From contig NC_045696.1 of assembly GCF_009834535.1 (NCBI RefSeq), positions 34,164,001 through 34,228,000 on the forward strand: a stretch of 64,000 bases of DNA. Reading direction: 5' to 3'. Every line of letters starts with the position of its first letter. Positions within the stretch are counted from its first letter, which is position 1. This document shows, piece by piece, positions 1 through 13,920 of the stretch. The position numbers and the translations under genes are program-made. Source of the stretch: Camelus ferus. Lineage: Eukaryota. The notes under the pieces are model-generated. The model made no database searches, was not told the DNA's origin, and saw only the letters and a program-made list of their open reading frames with translations.

Positions 1-599
1 TTTGGCTTTTATATTCAGAAAGATACTCTATAGTGTACATGTGAACTAGAATTTAGCCTCAACCAACTGGCAGCCAAATGTTGAAAAATCATGTACGTAG
101 ATGATTTGAGTTTTCTCTTAATGGCTTAAGTATCTGTGAAAAAAAAGTGTATATATATAATATATTAAATAATATACACATAAAATTCATGTCTCATGGG
201 CTTTAAAAATTATTTCAAAGATATTTCCATCGCAGAAAATGTTGACACCTATATACACTAAAATTAAAATATATATTTCAAAAGCTCAAGAATTTAATAA
301 AAACACATCATGCATATTAATTTCATGGTTCTTTAAAAAAAACCACACTTATGTTAAAACATGATACAGAGTCAGTTTCCATTTCATTAGAAACTCTCAC
401 TCATTGAAACATAAGTATGATTATATCAAGTATATATTCACATCAAAGGAAAGTTTCCTTTTAACAGAAACTGATGATGCCAAATGTCTGTGATTTGCAT
501 TCTATAGCTATTTTAATTACTTTAAATGAGATAACTGTATCAAAACTGCTTCATGGAATTGAAATTCAAAGCTTCAAGGTCAGAGAGATTGATGGAGTC

Positions 600-720
600 C
601 ACCCACTGCCATTCTGAAGCCAAGAAACATTAAGTAGATTTCTCAAGGTCACACAGAGAAAGAATGGTAATGCTGAGAACAGAACCTGAGTTTTCTGGCT
701 TACAATCAGCTGTCCTTTTT
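600..720 (-). mobile_element. MIR-family SINE fragment
   Basis: 'caaggtcacacag...gctgagaacagaacctgag' resembles the reverse complement of the MIR core; boundaries approximate. Confidence 0.6.
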
Positions 721-1852
721 AACACATAAATTATCTTGTTAACCCATACATTTTACTGATAAGGCAACTAATAAGCAATGTGGTACAAATGTAGTACAAA
801 TCATAGCATTAGAACTGAAATAAATCAGCATACTGTGGTCAGGGGGGTTTAGGAGGTAGAAAAAATCTGAGTGTTCTCTGGAATACAGAAAGCAAGAGAG
901 ATTAAACTTTGAGATAGAGAAGACAGAGGAGATTCATACTGAAATGCTTGATTTTTTATGCGGGGGAAAAAATTAGGGCTGGCCCCAGGCAATGCTTTAA
1001 AGCATAATTCATCTCAAGATCATTCCTACTTCACATAGTTTGTTGTATTCTGTGATCTATCCTGTCCATACTTTAGTTTTCATCTTCCTCTTATGTCTCC
1101 TTGACCCTTCATATTAAACTTCCCATCTCATAGGGTGTTTTTTTTTCCCCCACATAAAAACCAACATAGCTCATCTTAGCCATAGAGATATCAGCTTCTC
1201 CTGAAACATTTGGGCTGTTTTGTCCCAATGAATCTCCATATGATGGTTTCTAAAGCAGTGCTGGGGACAAAGAATAGGGCACAGTACCTTTAGTCAAATC
1301 ATAATAAATACATGTAAATGTGTATAAAATGGGTCCTTGGCAAACAGACAAATATGAAGTTATGCCATCTTCCCAAAGATAAATATATCAGTTACAGATA
1401 TTTTTAAGAATTATTTATAATATATGATTGCCATGAAACATAAAACTTCTAAGCATATTCCTCACTTTCTCATTCATTCATTTAGAAAATATTTTTGAGT
1501 ACCAAAAAATGGCAGGAGCTCTGTTACATACTTAAAAAAATTGATGTCTGAGAGAAAGGCTGACAGGCTGACTTAATGACTGGCATTAAATCAAAATAAT
1601 TATATACTTTAAATACAAATTTTATTCATATATATACTTGGTGTCTACATGATTTTTCTTCTCTGATGTCCTATGGTCATATACATACAAATAAAATTTA
1701 AAACACCTTATTATACCAATTGACTCTCCCAGCTTAAGGACTTTTCAATTTTCAAATGTTCTCAAAAAATAATTGATGAAAATGTCTAACTATGTTGAAA
1801 TTTATTTGGAAAGTACAAGTTGCGGGGGGGGGGGTATCTTTTGTCACCTAAA

Positions 1853-2003
1853 GTTTGCTCCTAAAGTGTGGTTTTTCAACCAGCAACCATATCTGAGAGC
1901 TTGCTAGAAATTCAGAATTCCATCCCAGACTTAGTCAATTAGAGTCAGAATTTTATCAAGAGTCTCCAGGTAACTAGCATCACTTTCAAGTTTGAGAAAC
2001 ACT
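1853..2003 (+). mobile_element. MER5A-like hAT-Charlie DNA transposon fossil
   Basis: 'aaagtgtgg...gagcttgctagaaattcagaatt...ctccaggtaa...aagtttgagaaacact' follows the MER5A pattern, including the terminal motif. Confidence 0.75.
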
Positions 2004-3511
2004 CACTGATCTCAGACAAAAACTGGAATGGTCATGACCAGTTTCATCCCATGGTGCAAAAGCTTCCATGCATGATGCAGAACGCAGGAAGTCAGAATTC
2101 CACTTTATTTTATCATATTACTGAAAAATAGTCTCTTAGTTTATACTAACTAAGTATACCAAGTCTACAAATACTACGAAGGAATTTCAGGGGACATGCA
2201 GGATATTCGAGAAATTTAGAACATGTGACAGACATCTAGGGACTTACACATTCATGAGTTTCCACATCCATCCTTGAATTCACCAGAATTGACCCACCAA
2301 TTGAATTTACCACTGGTAAGCTTCGATTTCAGAAGTAAACCCTGTTTTAGCCTGGATTTCTCAGGGCTATATCCATGAGAATTTCTTACAATATTTCTTA
2401 TCATTTTTTTTCTTCATCATATTCAGGTCAATTTATCATTTCTACACTTACTCCTGTGATTTTGGTATAATTTTGTTTTTTAATCATCATGACCTCAAAA
2501 GAAGAAAAGAAAACTTTAACAATGTTCTTTCCACTAGTCTGCCCTTTACCTGAGTTTAAATATACAGATTCCCATATGCACTCCCCCAGACCACTTTGCC
2601 CCACCTAAACTCCAAGGAAAGACCTTTCTTTCATTTCCCTACTTTTTATCCTCTTTCCATGTTTATCTTTTACATTATCCCTGGCCAGGAAAAAAAAAAA
2701 AAAAAGGACTAATAGAGCTCATCTCTCCTGGTCACACTTAGGCCAGCAGTCACTTTCCCTCGGAGTAGGATGATGCGGTCACAGCATTAACACAATAAAT
2801 TATCTCAATGAAGAACATTTAAACCAGAATGTAATTCTGTCATTTCTGCTTTTCTTAGACAGCATCCTTCTCCATCTGTTCTGAGTTTGGAGCCAAAGTG
2901 TGTTCTACATAAATTTAGTATCTGTGGGGATGGATCTGGGGTTCAAAGACCGACCTCCTGGATGGGTTGTCAAAAATTAGGAAATGGAGAAAAGCTCCTT
3001 CTTTTACACACCCTTAGGGAAAACAAAACAGAATCAAAAATCCTGTCTGTGGAAACCCTGTAGGTGGCATTACTGAGTATAACACTTTTCCAGGGACCCC
3101 TCTTCTTATCTTCTTTGTATGGTAGAGTGAGCCCCCAAATTTTCCTTCTCATTTTACTTCTTCTTGAGCGGTGAGATCATCCATTCCCCCCAAAACTTAC
3201 CTGGGGAAATGGCTGCACTTTCCAAAGCACTGTCACCATCACATTCCAACTCCCTTTCCTGCTGTTTCCAAAGACACAGACTTTTTTCACTGTAATGATT
3301 TTGCTATAAATCTCTATAGGGAAATAGGAAATTGCAAATGAAAAATATAAGAATGTTACACATTTTATGTGGCTCCTGGTGAATAGCTTTTTAGTCTCCA
3401 GAAACAGAAAATGAAGCCCTGCAGTATTTCACCCACCATTTTTACTCTCCGAAAGTAGATTATTTTTTTCCCTAAAGTTTATTGGGGATTGAACCACTAT
3501 TTTCTACTGAC

Positions 3512-3757
3512 TTTTTTTTATTGAAGTATATAGTCAGTCTACAATGTTGTGTCAATTTCTGGTGTACAGGGTAATGTTTCAGTCATACATATACATACAT
3601 ATATTCCTTTTCATATTCTTTTTCATTATAGGTTACTACAAGATATTGAATATAGTTCCCTGTGCTATACAGTATAAATCTGTTGTTTATCTATTTTATA
3701 TATAGTACATATACACACACACATATATTTTCTATATATAGTTAGTATCTGCAAATC
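3512..3757 (-). mobile_element. Young 5'-truncated L1 3' UTR (cetartiodactyl/camelid type)
   Basis: Poly(T) then 'attgaagtatatagtcagtctacaatgttgtgtcaatttctggtgtacag...atagttccctgtgctatacag'; reverse complement closely matches the L1 ends at 53.2-53.35 kb and 61.3-61.44 kb. Confidence 0.9.
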
Positions 3758-4475
3758 TTTTGTGTTCTATATAAACTAAGTAGATTAAGCTTGTTAATCT
3801 TCTCTATGCTTGCTGCTCTATTTTTTTGTCTGCCTATCTATCAAATACTGAGAGAATTGCATTCAAAAATGCATGAAATATGCTAAACAAAGCAGTCATT
3901 AAAAGTGCAGTGTGAGTTTGGGGGAATTTTGTGTGGGAAATTCTATTTGGATAATGTAGAAAACATCAGGAAAAATGCTGGAAACATTAGGAAAAATGCT
4001 AAGAGACTGGAGAAAAAATATAAGCAAACTTTTCACATCACTAAGTCTTAAATAGTCAACAAAGTATACTTAGCATCCACTATACACAAGACATTGCACC
4101 ATGGAATGCAGGAATTTGAAAATAAATGACAAGACTTCTATAAAAATACAGTATGAAAGAAGAAATAAGGCACACATCAATTCTGATAGAAGATACCATT
4201 TGATAAAAGTTCTAATAGAGTGGGACAAACAGAAGACTAATGACACCGAAAGGCAGAGATCACTTCTAGTCAGATTGATTAAAAAGCCCCCAGAAGGAGC
4301 AGTGATGTCTTGAAGGATGAGTACAATTATGACAGAGAAAAAGAGAGAGAGTGTGTATTTCACAAAAGTGAGAAGTAACTATTGGTTTGTTCAAGAAAAG
4401 AAACGTTTTCTAATTTGGTTGGAATATAGCATTCATAATATGTCTGGGTGATAATTATATTTCAAGTAAAGGGAG

Positions 4476-4887
4476 TGCTATGGGCTGAAATGTGTCCCCC
4501 TAAAATTCTATGTCAAAGTCCAAACCCCAGTAGCTCAGAATGTGCTCATGTATACTTGGAGACAGGGCCTTAAGTGATTAATTAAAATCAGGCCATTTAA
4601 GCCTGATCCTAAGATCTATTTCAATCTTACTATTGGCTTTATAAGAAGAGGAGATTAAGATACACAGAAGAGCCACCTGGGGTGCCTGAGCACAGAGAAA
4701 AGGCCCCATGAGGAAGCAGGAAGAAGGTGGCCATCTGCAAGACAAGGAGGGGGCCTCAGGAGAAACCAAACCTGCTGACAACTTATCTTGGACTTCTAGC
4801 CTCCAAAACTGAGAGAACATAAATTTCTGTTGTTTAAGCCATAAAGCCTGGGGTAGTTTGTTATCGCAGCCCTAGCAGACTAATACT
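4476..4887 (+). mobile_element. MaLR solo LTR (MLT1A/B-like)
   Basis: Starts 'tgctatgggctgaaatgtgtcccc', contains 'gaaggtggccatctgcaag' and 'ataaatttctgttgtttaagcca', ends 'gcagccctagcagactaatac'. Confidence 0.9.
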
Positions 4888-7824
4888 GGAATGTAACAGA
4901 AAAAATAATGCTTTCTGTTTGCCTTTGATTAGCCTTTGAAAGCCATCACACATGTATCCACTTTCTTTTAAAGTATTTACCATTACTTTTTGTCTCCCCT
5001 GGTTGTTACCATGAACATCCCCAACACTTGCTCCTTGCTGTATCTGTTACCTACCACACCATTTTCACCCATGACAGGACTCCTAATATTAAAGCCATCT
5101 AATCTAGCATCACTCCAACCACATCAGGTCTCCCATAAAAATCTTCCAGCTCAAGAAAATTTCACAGGTACCTATAGATAATGAAGAGGAGTTAGTAGGG
5201 CATATGTGAAGATATGAATATGGACAGTATATTTATAGAATTATAGTACAATGCTTAATTCTAGAAAGAAAGTATGAGGCTATTGGAATTCCTTTTAATG
5301 CAGATATTTGAAGGAGACTTAGTTTTGTTCTTGTCCAAGCTCCCCTACCTGCTATATTAGTTAAGGTTTCTAAAGAGTGATCTGCAGCTTCTTCATACTT
5401 GGAGATAAGTGAGCAGCAGGGTATTAATCTTCCATGGGTTTGGATTTATGAGCCATTTATAAAAACACATCATGCTAAAATACAGATAGTAGAGCACCAT
5501 GACTTTAGCCCTGGTTTCCGATAATTTATCTGCTAATTTAATTTTCTTCCAACCTTTTAGCAGCTCTAAGTTGTGAAAGCAGTAACTGTACCAGAAGTGC
5601 AATACTAACTAGCATTTTTTACTAGAAATTTCTGTGTAATGGGGAGTGTGTTCTTTCCCTATAAATAAGACTGAGTCACTTACTGAAGCTAGACCTCCTG
5701 TTTCTGTTTCATCTCCCACAGTAGTTTGGTATTCTGCAAAGAGTACATATTGTATAAATACGGAAAATGTAAACTATAGTAGGAAATTGTCACAGATGTT
5801 CATTATATTATTATAAAAACAAATGAATGAGTAATAATTAAAAGAAAGTTGAACATGGATGATGAGAATAAATCAAAAGCAAAGGTTATGATCAATTCAA
5901 CTATGTGCCCTTGAAGCATAAAGGGGAAAAAAATGTCAGGGAGATGTTTCGGGCTTACTTATAAACTAATTAAGACTTAAGCTCCTTACGATTCTAATAA
6001 AATGGCAAAGGAAATATTTTAAGCTGTTGGATAGCAAGATGAATGACGTATTAAATATTGATTTTGTCATACCATCTCCCACTCTTAGATGTTATAGAAT
6101 AAAGAAAAGTTTAAACAGTAAATCTGTTTTTTAATGTAGGTACACAAAATTGAAGGCAAAGAATACTTGAAGTATTGAATTGATAAAAGATCATTTTTAT
6201 ACTTCATATTACTCAATTTTCTTTCATTTTACTGTGCAATGGATATGGTGAAATCTGTAAATTTTGCCTTTTATAGTGAAGAAACTGACAGATGTATTTG
6301 GCTGCAGAAATGTTTCTGAACTAGGTCCAAAAGCGATATAGCAAAAGAAAGATTTGGCTTATATATATATTCATCCTTACAGGGATTTCAGAAAACACAT
6401 TTCTCGGCATAGCTAAGTTAGGTTTTCAAGTTAGAATTTTAACAAATATCCCTTGTGATGCATGCATCTTCTTTTTTAACAGTATGGCTATATACCATAT
6501 TTAAATACAGATCATTTACATTCTGACCAAGAAAAATAAAAAATGAAAACAAATTCTAAGCAAAAAACGCCTACTAAATATGGGCAGTGAAGCCCATTGA
6601 TATACGTTTTGGCAAATACTGTTATCAGTATCATGATCAACAAATGTTTTTCAAGGACTCACCGTAAGTGAAGCTAAGTATGAGTTTCTGGGTATATGAA
6701 GGCATCAGATATAATAGTTTTAATCAAGACATATGTTTCCTATTTGCAGACAACAGAACAGTCTGTCCTATGTTTGAGCTCCAAATGGATTTGTTAAAGG
6801 ATGTTTGAAACCTCAGAGTACTATTGGCAGACAAATGGGTGAACTTCCAGAAATAATTCCCCAACCGTCATTGCAGAGGTGACGTGCTAAGGGAGCTAAT
6901 GCTGCTGCAGAGCACAGGGGTCCCCAGCCCCTGACTCCACCCACACTAACAGCAAGAAGCCAGTCCCACTGACGTCCCATGGAGCTCAGCTTCAAGTCAG
7001 ACTCTTGCATGGATGTGTCTGTTTTGTGAGACCTAAGGGAAGTATCTCTCATTTGATTTTAGTATCTTGGGAAAAGTAATTAACAATTAACAACAATGTG
7101 AGACTGTGTGGAATAAACAAAATGTGAAAAATGTATTTTAAAAGTTCTGGGTAGTCATAAATGGCAGGTGTCATATTTCTATATGCAACCAACTTCCATT
7201 TCATTAGCATTGCCAGATTTTATTTTTCTAAGTGCTTTCACTATAGTTTTACATATGTATGTATATGTGTGTATATATATAAGTATATGTACTTAAGCCT
7301 AGCTACAATATACTTTACAATCTTTCTTTCACCAACCAATGTGTTAATGGTGCTTCACATTAACCAGTAAGCTTAAGCCAAAGAAGAGAATAAATTACTG
7401 AGTATTTTGTAAAGTAATCACTTTTTAAATTCCCAGTCCAGTAAGAAAATATCTATGTAAATATTACCAGTTTTTGTTTTCTTGTGAATAAAGCAGCCAT
7501 AATCTTTTCTGATAAACTACAAAATACCTTTACCACCAGTTCTCTTGTCTACTTGTAATGAGATTTGTTTTAAGTGTGTCAGCTGAGATACAAATATTAA
7601 TTTATTTCAGCAGAGGAATCATTTTGAGTATGCTAGAAAACATGATGTGCTAGGTAATGAAAAACACAAATTTCCATTGTTCTTCCTCTGGATCATTCTG
7701 GATGGTATTCTCTCAGCAGAACTGTTAGAGAATTGTGGGAAAGTTTAAAAGATAACAATATGCAGAAGTAGAGGACTGGCACACAGAAAATGCTCTGTAT
7801 TTGCTTCTACCTTCAACTTTCCCC

Positions 7825-8110
7825 CTACTCAGTCCAATTCAGAAAACAGTCATTGCCTGCCTTCTACCTGCCATGTGTTTGCTGGGCGTTGTGGTGAGTA
7901 AGGTCACATCACTGCCCTCACGCCATTTACAGAGGTAGGCAGACATTTCCAAAACAGGCACTCTGAGCCAGGAGAGGATATACAAGCACAGAAGTTCACT
8001 TACCGAAGAAGGAAATAATCAATCTTTTCCTTTCTGGAGGAGAGAGTGCCCCAGCAGTGGCTTGAAAGTGAAGGAAGAGTTCAACAATTTAGGAACGTAG
8101 GCTGTATCGG
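7825..8110 (-). mobile_element. L2 fragment (degraded)
   Basis: Resembles reverse-complemented L2 3' region ('ttctacctgccatgtg...actgccctca'); heavily diverged. Confidence 0.45.
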
Positions 8111-9294
8111 AAGAATGTGGTCTGCTTATGTATTGTCCCTTCTAGGTAACAAAATGTAGGAGACTTGGAAAAACAGATGACCTGTCAACTATTGTCAACC
8201 GTATAAATACAAATCATTTCATATAGGTTTGGGCACACCTGGCTCCTTTCAGATCGTATCACACAGGCTGAGATATTCTTCGAGTAGCAGAAGCATACTA
8301 TTAAATTAAGTCAATAGGAAAAAAAAACTGGTCTCAATTTTAGCATTTAATGTGGAAGAGAATAAAATCTCCGTGGAAGAGGTAAGCACACAGAAAACAG
8401 TGGCTTTCCTACCTTTCCTAATGGTAAGTAGGCAGTAAGTGGTTATTGAAAGTATATATCTCTACGCTTTTATACGATAATAGATCTTCTATATTTAATA
8501 TGATTAAATTATGGGACTAGATACAAGGCTAGCTTGAAGGAAGCTTAGTCATGAGGGGATAAGAAGGGAAAGGTAAGGATTATTTCCAGGGAATTATAAA
8601 ATAAATATGGTACTGAAACCAGAGATGGCAGGAAAAATATGATTAAAATGAATATACTTGTTTTCATTAAGGCAATGAGAGATTGAGATCATTTCAGATT
8701 GTGAAATCACAAGGTAAACACACAGAAGAAAACGTTTAGCTGCTAGAATAAGAGCAAAGTCAAACTTGGGTAGTTCTTAGAATTTTTAAAAAACTAACAG
8801 GTTGTCTCATCAGTCTCAAATTTCTAGTATTTTGTAGTCATCCTTTCTGTTATTATCCAAACTCCAGGCCCTTATCACACTTCATTCTGTAATCCTATTA
8901 TCTCATAAGTATTTTTTAGGCTTTTCTTGAATTGCTTTTGGTCAATCGTCATCTCCAGTACTACCATCTGTAGTCAAGAAGATCTGGTACTGCCCAAATC
9001 TGAGGGCACCACTCACACAGAGCCCACGCTGGGCAGTATTCAACGTGCTTGAAAGTACTTCTCCCACCTCAAACCTCCCCTGGCAGCTTCAGTGTGATCC
9101 CTCTGTCTGAATTGCCTCACATCATCCCTGCAACTTCAGGTTTGCTGCAACTTCAGGTTTGTCTGGCCCGCTTCCTCCCCAAATGTGACATGCTACCTTC
9201 CTTCAGTCCTCCAGGTGCCACTAACCAGTTGCAGTCTTTAAACATCTTGAACTTGATAGAATCGAAAGGGATTGATCTTCCTCTCTGTCTCTGT

Positions 9295-9320
9295 CACACA
9301 CACACACACACAAACACACA
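9295..9320. repeat. (CA)n microsatellite
   Basis: Direct reading: 'cacacacacacacacacaaacacaca'. Confidence 0.95.
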
Positions 9321-12300
9321 AAACTTAAAACTCCATGTTAATAGCAGATCCAGTATTCCTAAATAGTTGAGTTTTTGTTTGCTTTCCAATTAAGATTGTA
9401 AGACTAACTTTTCAGTCTCATAGACCAAAAATTACAAATAAGAAACAAAACAATTACAATAACAGCATTATCTATAACATAATAACTTATGGTAGGCACT
9501 GTTCTCAGAAAAGTATCTGGAAAACTCCAAAGTTTTAAATTTAAGGGTTAAAGTTTTGCATTATGAATCCATCATGATTCCAAAAATTGCTAATAATGTT
9601 TATTTATCCAGAATTCTAAACATATTGCCAAGTCTTAGTATCAGACCTGAAAGTATCAGACCTGAAATGATGAGACTGAGTTTCTGGAAGAAACCCAGCA
9701 ATCCTGGCTGATTTCAGTTTACCTTGGAGAAAACTCCAACAGGTGGAGCAAGACAAAGTTATGTGGATACCAGCAGCTCCGTTTGTCCAAGTGGGCTTAA
9801 CAATAAACTTAGAATTCCAAAAAATAAATATTATTAGGCGACTTTTGCAGACTCTCCTCCTTGCAACTGGATAAGACCAACAGAAGTCAATGGCATAGCC
9901 ACAGACCAGCTGGAATGGCCCCATTGTGAGGCTCTCAACATTGCACTTCCAACTTGTCTGTAGCTGAGCTCAGATTTGGGGGATACCTGCCAAGCAGTCT
10001 GTGGTTCTACATTCCAAACTCAATAGAAGTAGAAATCATTCATTGAGGTTTGATATAGACTGCACTAGAGTAAGTTATCAATGTATAAAATATATAAAAT
10101 ACATTGTGTACCTTTATGTGCTGCTCCTAAAATATTTACTGCCTCCATCAGATTTTACTAAAGAAATGCAGGTTGAAGGAATAAATACCTACAGAAGAGG
10201 AAAGATTAAGAAGATGACTAATGGATGCCACCAAACCAACTGCCTGGTAATTGCTAGTTGCAAATGGACTCCTTTGAAATCAGCCACCCTCACTATGAAG
10301 GGGTCTGCTTCCCCCTGCTGGAAGCATCCTATAGCTGCATCTCCTGCAGAAATTCTTTTCATTCATGTCAACACCGATGATAGTAAGAGCCAACATTTAT
10401 TGCTTGCTTGGCCAATAAATGGGTTTGGTATATGAAAATGATTTTAAAAACTCACTTTCCTCATGTGCATGACTGAATCTTGCTTATGATTCCTGCAGAC
10501 GTGGCTATGATTCTGCCTGGGCTTCTCCTGGACCATAGCACGTGTGATAACACACTCAAGCCCATGGAATAATAAGGTTGGATATTTTAATATTTAAAAA
10601 GTACTCTTTTGGCCTCCAGCCTGTCTCAGATATGTGCCCACATGTTCCACTTACTCTCAAAACTTACAATGACATACAGAATCTCTAATTTCTCTAAATC
10701 CTTATATTCTTTCTCTAAATATCGTATTTTTCCTCTTCCTATACCAATTCTTTAATAATTCTTTTCTTCCATACAGAGAAGCCTTCAGGGTCCTGTGGAG
10801 GCCTTTTTCATTACCAATTATACGATTATTTCCCCATAACACCTCCTATAATAATTGAAATACCATAGCCTGACCCCTTCCATATCTCTATGTATACATA
10901 TTTTATGTTATAGATTAATTATTCACACAGATTAGAAGTCAATTAAAAGATAATTTTTCCAAACAAAACGAACTTATATGAAGCCACCAAAATAAATTCA
11001 TCAGTTTTCACATATATATGATATACTCTAATATTTATGGACCAAGTCAGGTAAACGTCACAATTTGAAACTGAAGTTAATAAACACTCAGTGACTATGA
11101 GTAGCTACTAAAGCTTCTGAATAAGTAACGTCATAATTATGGCTGGTAGTCATTTGGATGTCTTCCAGTTGTCATCAGGAAATGAGGTGTATCCTCAGGA
11201 ATATGATTAAAAGGAAATTGTAATACAATTTTCTAGGACAGTAATAAACACTCACAGATAATGAATATCGAAGACAAATTGGTGCTTTGCAATTAAGTTT
11301 GTTTTCCAAACACAGATTGTGTGTCACAGAAAGAGAGTTCATTTTGGAGAGTGAAATTTCTAAGATGGAACTGATTTCCGGCAGTTCACGGCAGATGGGA
11401 AAAACATGAACTTCTCAGTTTTAAGATTTTTGAAAGATTAATATCACATGGGGAACAGTTGATTAAAAACACAACTGTTTCGAATTCAAGGGGCCTGCCT
11501 GAGATGAATATAGATATTCTTTATAAAGCTGTGCTCCAACTTACAGAATAAAGTTATGTCACATTTGACCATTTCTTGGTCAGAAAAATCTGTTGCTATT
11601 TTCTGTAACAATGCCTGTTGGTGACCTTGAACTTGACTTCATTCTTTTCACACTGCAACATATCAAATTTCACAGTACACCAGGATTCAAAACAGGAAGG
11701 ATCTAACACTGGGAGATCAGAACTCAAAATCTAAAAATACCTAAAATTGCTCTGATAGTCTCATGCAGGAGACTTGCATTCTCCCTGTGAAATTTTCTGC
11801 TATTATTTTAAGTTATAACTATTGTAACTGCAGTCAAAGGTCAATGTAAATGAGCATAGATCATTAGCAGGCTTTATATTGACATCACCTGGCTATTAAA
11901 ACTGGTCAGTGGATGCTGATACAAAAAATTCTTAGAAAGTCTAGGGCTAAGTTCTCTGAAAGCAGTTCTTTATTTACTATGGTAACATTTTATTGTTTTT
12001 CCTTGGAGACAGTATACTTAAGGACTATGATTTCCATATCTGGGATATATTTAGAATTTTTTTCATTTTTGGCAAATCTTTTTAACTTTTAATAAACTGG
12101 GTTAATGGCAATTGGAAATGGTTTAAAAACAGCTAATAGGAAATGAAGTTCTAAGATATGCACTATACATAAGTAAAGGAAAATGTATTTGGTATCTCTA
12201 TTTGAAAAAATACGTAACTCTTTTCTTTGGCTATTTAAAGTAAAATTCAAAATTCTAAGAAAGCTTACCAAGTCAAAATTTATTTATTTATTTTTAAACT

Positions 12301-12779
12301 TGGGCTTTATTTGAATATTCCGTCAATTTAAATGATCAAACCTCTTTACAAAACGAAATGACATATCAAACATATTATGCACATTGTTAATGGTAAGGGA
12401 ATATGACTGTTAAAGAAAAATACTAAGCAGAAGATTCTTATTAATACACAGTATCTCATTTTCCTATTCGAGGTATATTTAATAGGCTGAGACTAATTAT
12501 GATTGTAACTACATATGCCAGCTGGTTTGGCAAAGAGTAAAACACAATGGCTGAATGGAAACTGTCTAATTGTATTCTCCTTATATTTGAGAATACGTAT
12601 TCATTGAACATTTGGCTAATATAACCATTTCTTGAAACAGTTGCACTTATTTGCTGCTTCTATTGCTCTACCCCTTACACTCAGTTAAATGTGGGTTTCT
12701 TAAATATCCAGAAAATTTGACCCCTAGTAAAATTTAACCATATTTCCTATCTTCACTTCTTGGGCAAATCCAAGAATTA

Positions 12780-13250
12780 TTTTAGGAAATTACAAAATTT
12801 GCAAACATACAAAGACTTTAGAGAATGACTCACTTATCACCAAGATTTAACATATTCTTCTTTCTTGTCATTCTTTGCTTTAAATCATCTTTTTTTAATG
12901 GTTAAAAGAAGTAAAATTTTACCAATGCAGTTTAAAGTCATACCCAATCCACCCATTATTGTAAATATCTCTATAGAAAGATCTAATATCTTGAAGTTGA
13001 TGAGTAATCTCCAATCTTTCTTTAAACTTCTCATATACATACAGTGCGCTTGTGTATCAGTGCGTGTAACAGCATTCAACATTAATTATACACTTTGTAT
13101 TTTGACAATTCACATAAAAAAATCTTACTGTACATGTCACTTTTTGATTTCAATATTATATTTCCAACTTGATACATGAAGGTCATATATTACAAAAGCT
13201 TTGTTATATTCTATTTAATGTTTATGTCACTATTTATTTATTCATTTCTT
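12780..13250 (-). mobile_element. Ancient L1 (L1ME-like) 3' fragment
   Basis: T-rich pattern typical of reverse-complemented old L1 3' ends; strongly diverged. Confidence 0.45.
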
Positions 13251-13299
13251 CCTGAAAATGTTCTTACAACATGACCTTGTTGCTACCCATTTTACATTC

Positions 13300-13920
13300 C
13301 TCAACCTTGTCTGCTTTACTTTCATCATCTTGAGATAGTGTTAACCAATCTCTCTTTCTTGAAATACACTTCTCTTCACTTTCTCGATACCACTAGCTCC
13401 TGGGTTTCCCCAGGCCCCTTGCCTTTCTGTCTTTTCAGCTTTAGCCTCCCTTTGGATGATCGCATACATTTCCTTGACTTCAATTACAAGCAGGCTAAGG
13501 CTTTCTCCTGAATTTCAGACCTGTAACTAGACGTCTCCACTCAGATATCCCACTGACAGTCCATGTCTATCTTGCTCAAAACTAGATGTCTCTGGTCGAG
13601 AATTGACCCATGCCTTGTCACCTATGCCCGCATCAGCATGATCCTTGACTCTTCCATCGCCCAGCACAACTATCCTATCATGAAATCCCTGTAATTACTT
13701 CCTATGTAAAATTTGAATCAAACCATTTTTCCTGCCTCTAGTCATCAAACTTTATCATCTGTTTTCCACATTGTTTTCCATTTCATTCTAAATGATCTTT
13801 CCAAAACAAAATATGATTATGCAACTTCCTTGCCTAACTTAAGTGACTCCATGTGATTCTTCCAATCAAGTAATCAAATCTTGATGTAACTCACCAGGCC
13901 TAGCACTTCAATTTCTTTAC
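13300..13920 (+). mobile_element. L2 fragment
   Basis: 'ttctcctgaatttcagacc...tagacgtctccactcagatatccc', 'atccttgactcttcc' and 'gattatgcaacttccttgcctaa' are L2-type motifs. Confidence 0.7.

Noticed and set aside
3453..3787. 10-bp direct repeat aagtagatta flanking the 3.5-kb L1, with an extra AATAAA and T-run suggesting a second transduction
   Set aside because: The right copy lies 20 bp beyond the L1 end and appears embedded in a separate old L1 fragment (3758-3870), so it is probably a chance match.
10001..10435. 144-aa ORF
   Set aside because: Non-ATG start, no recognisable domain, no supporting splice structure.
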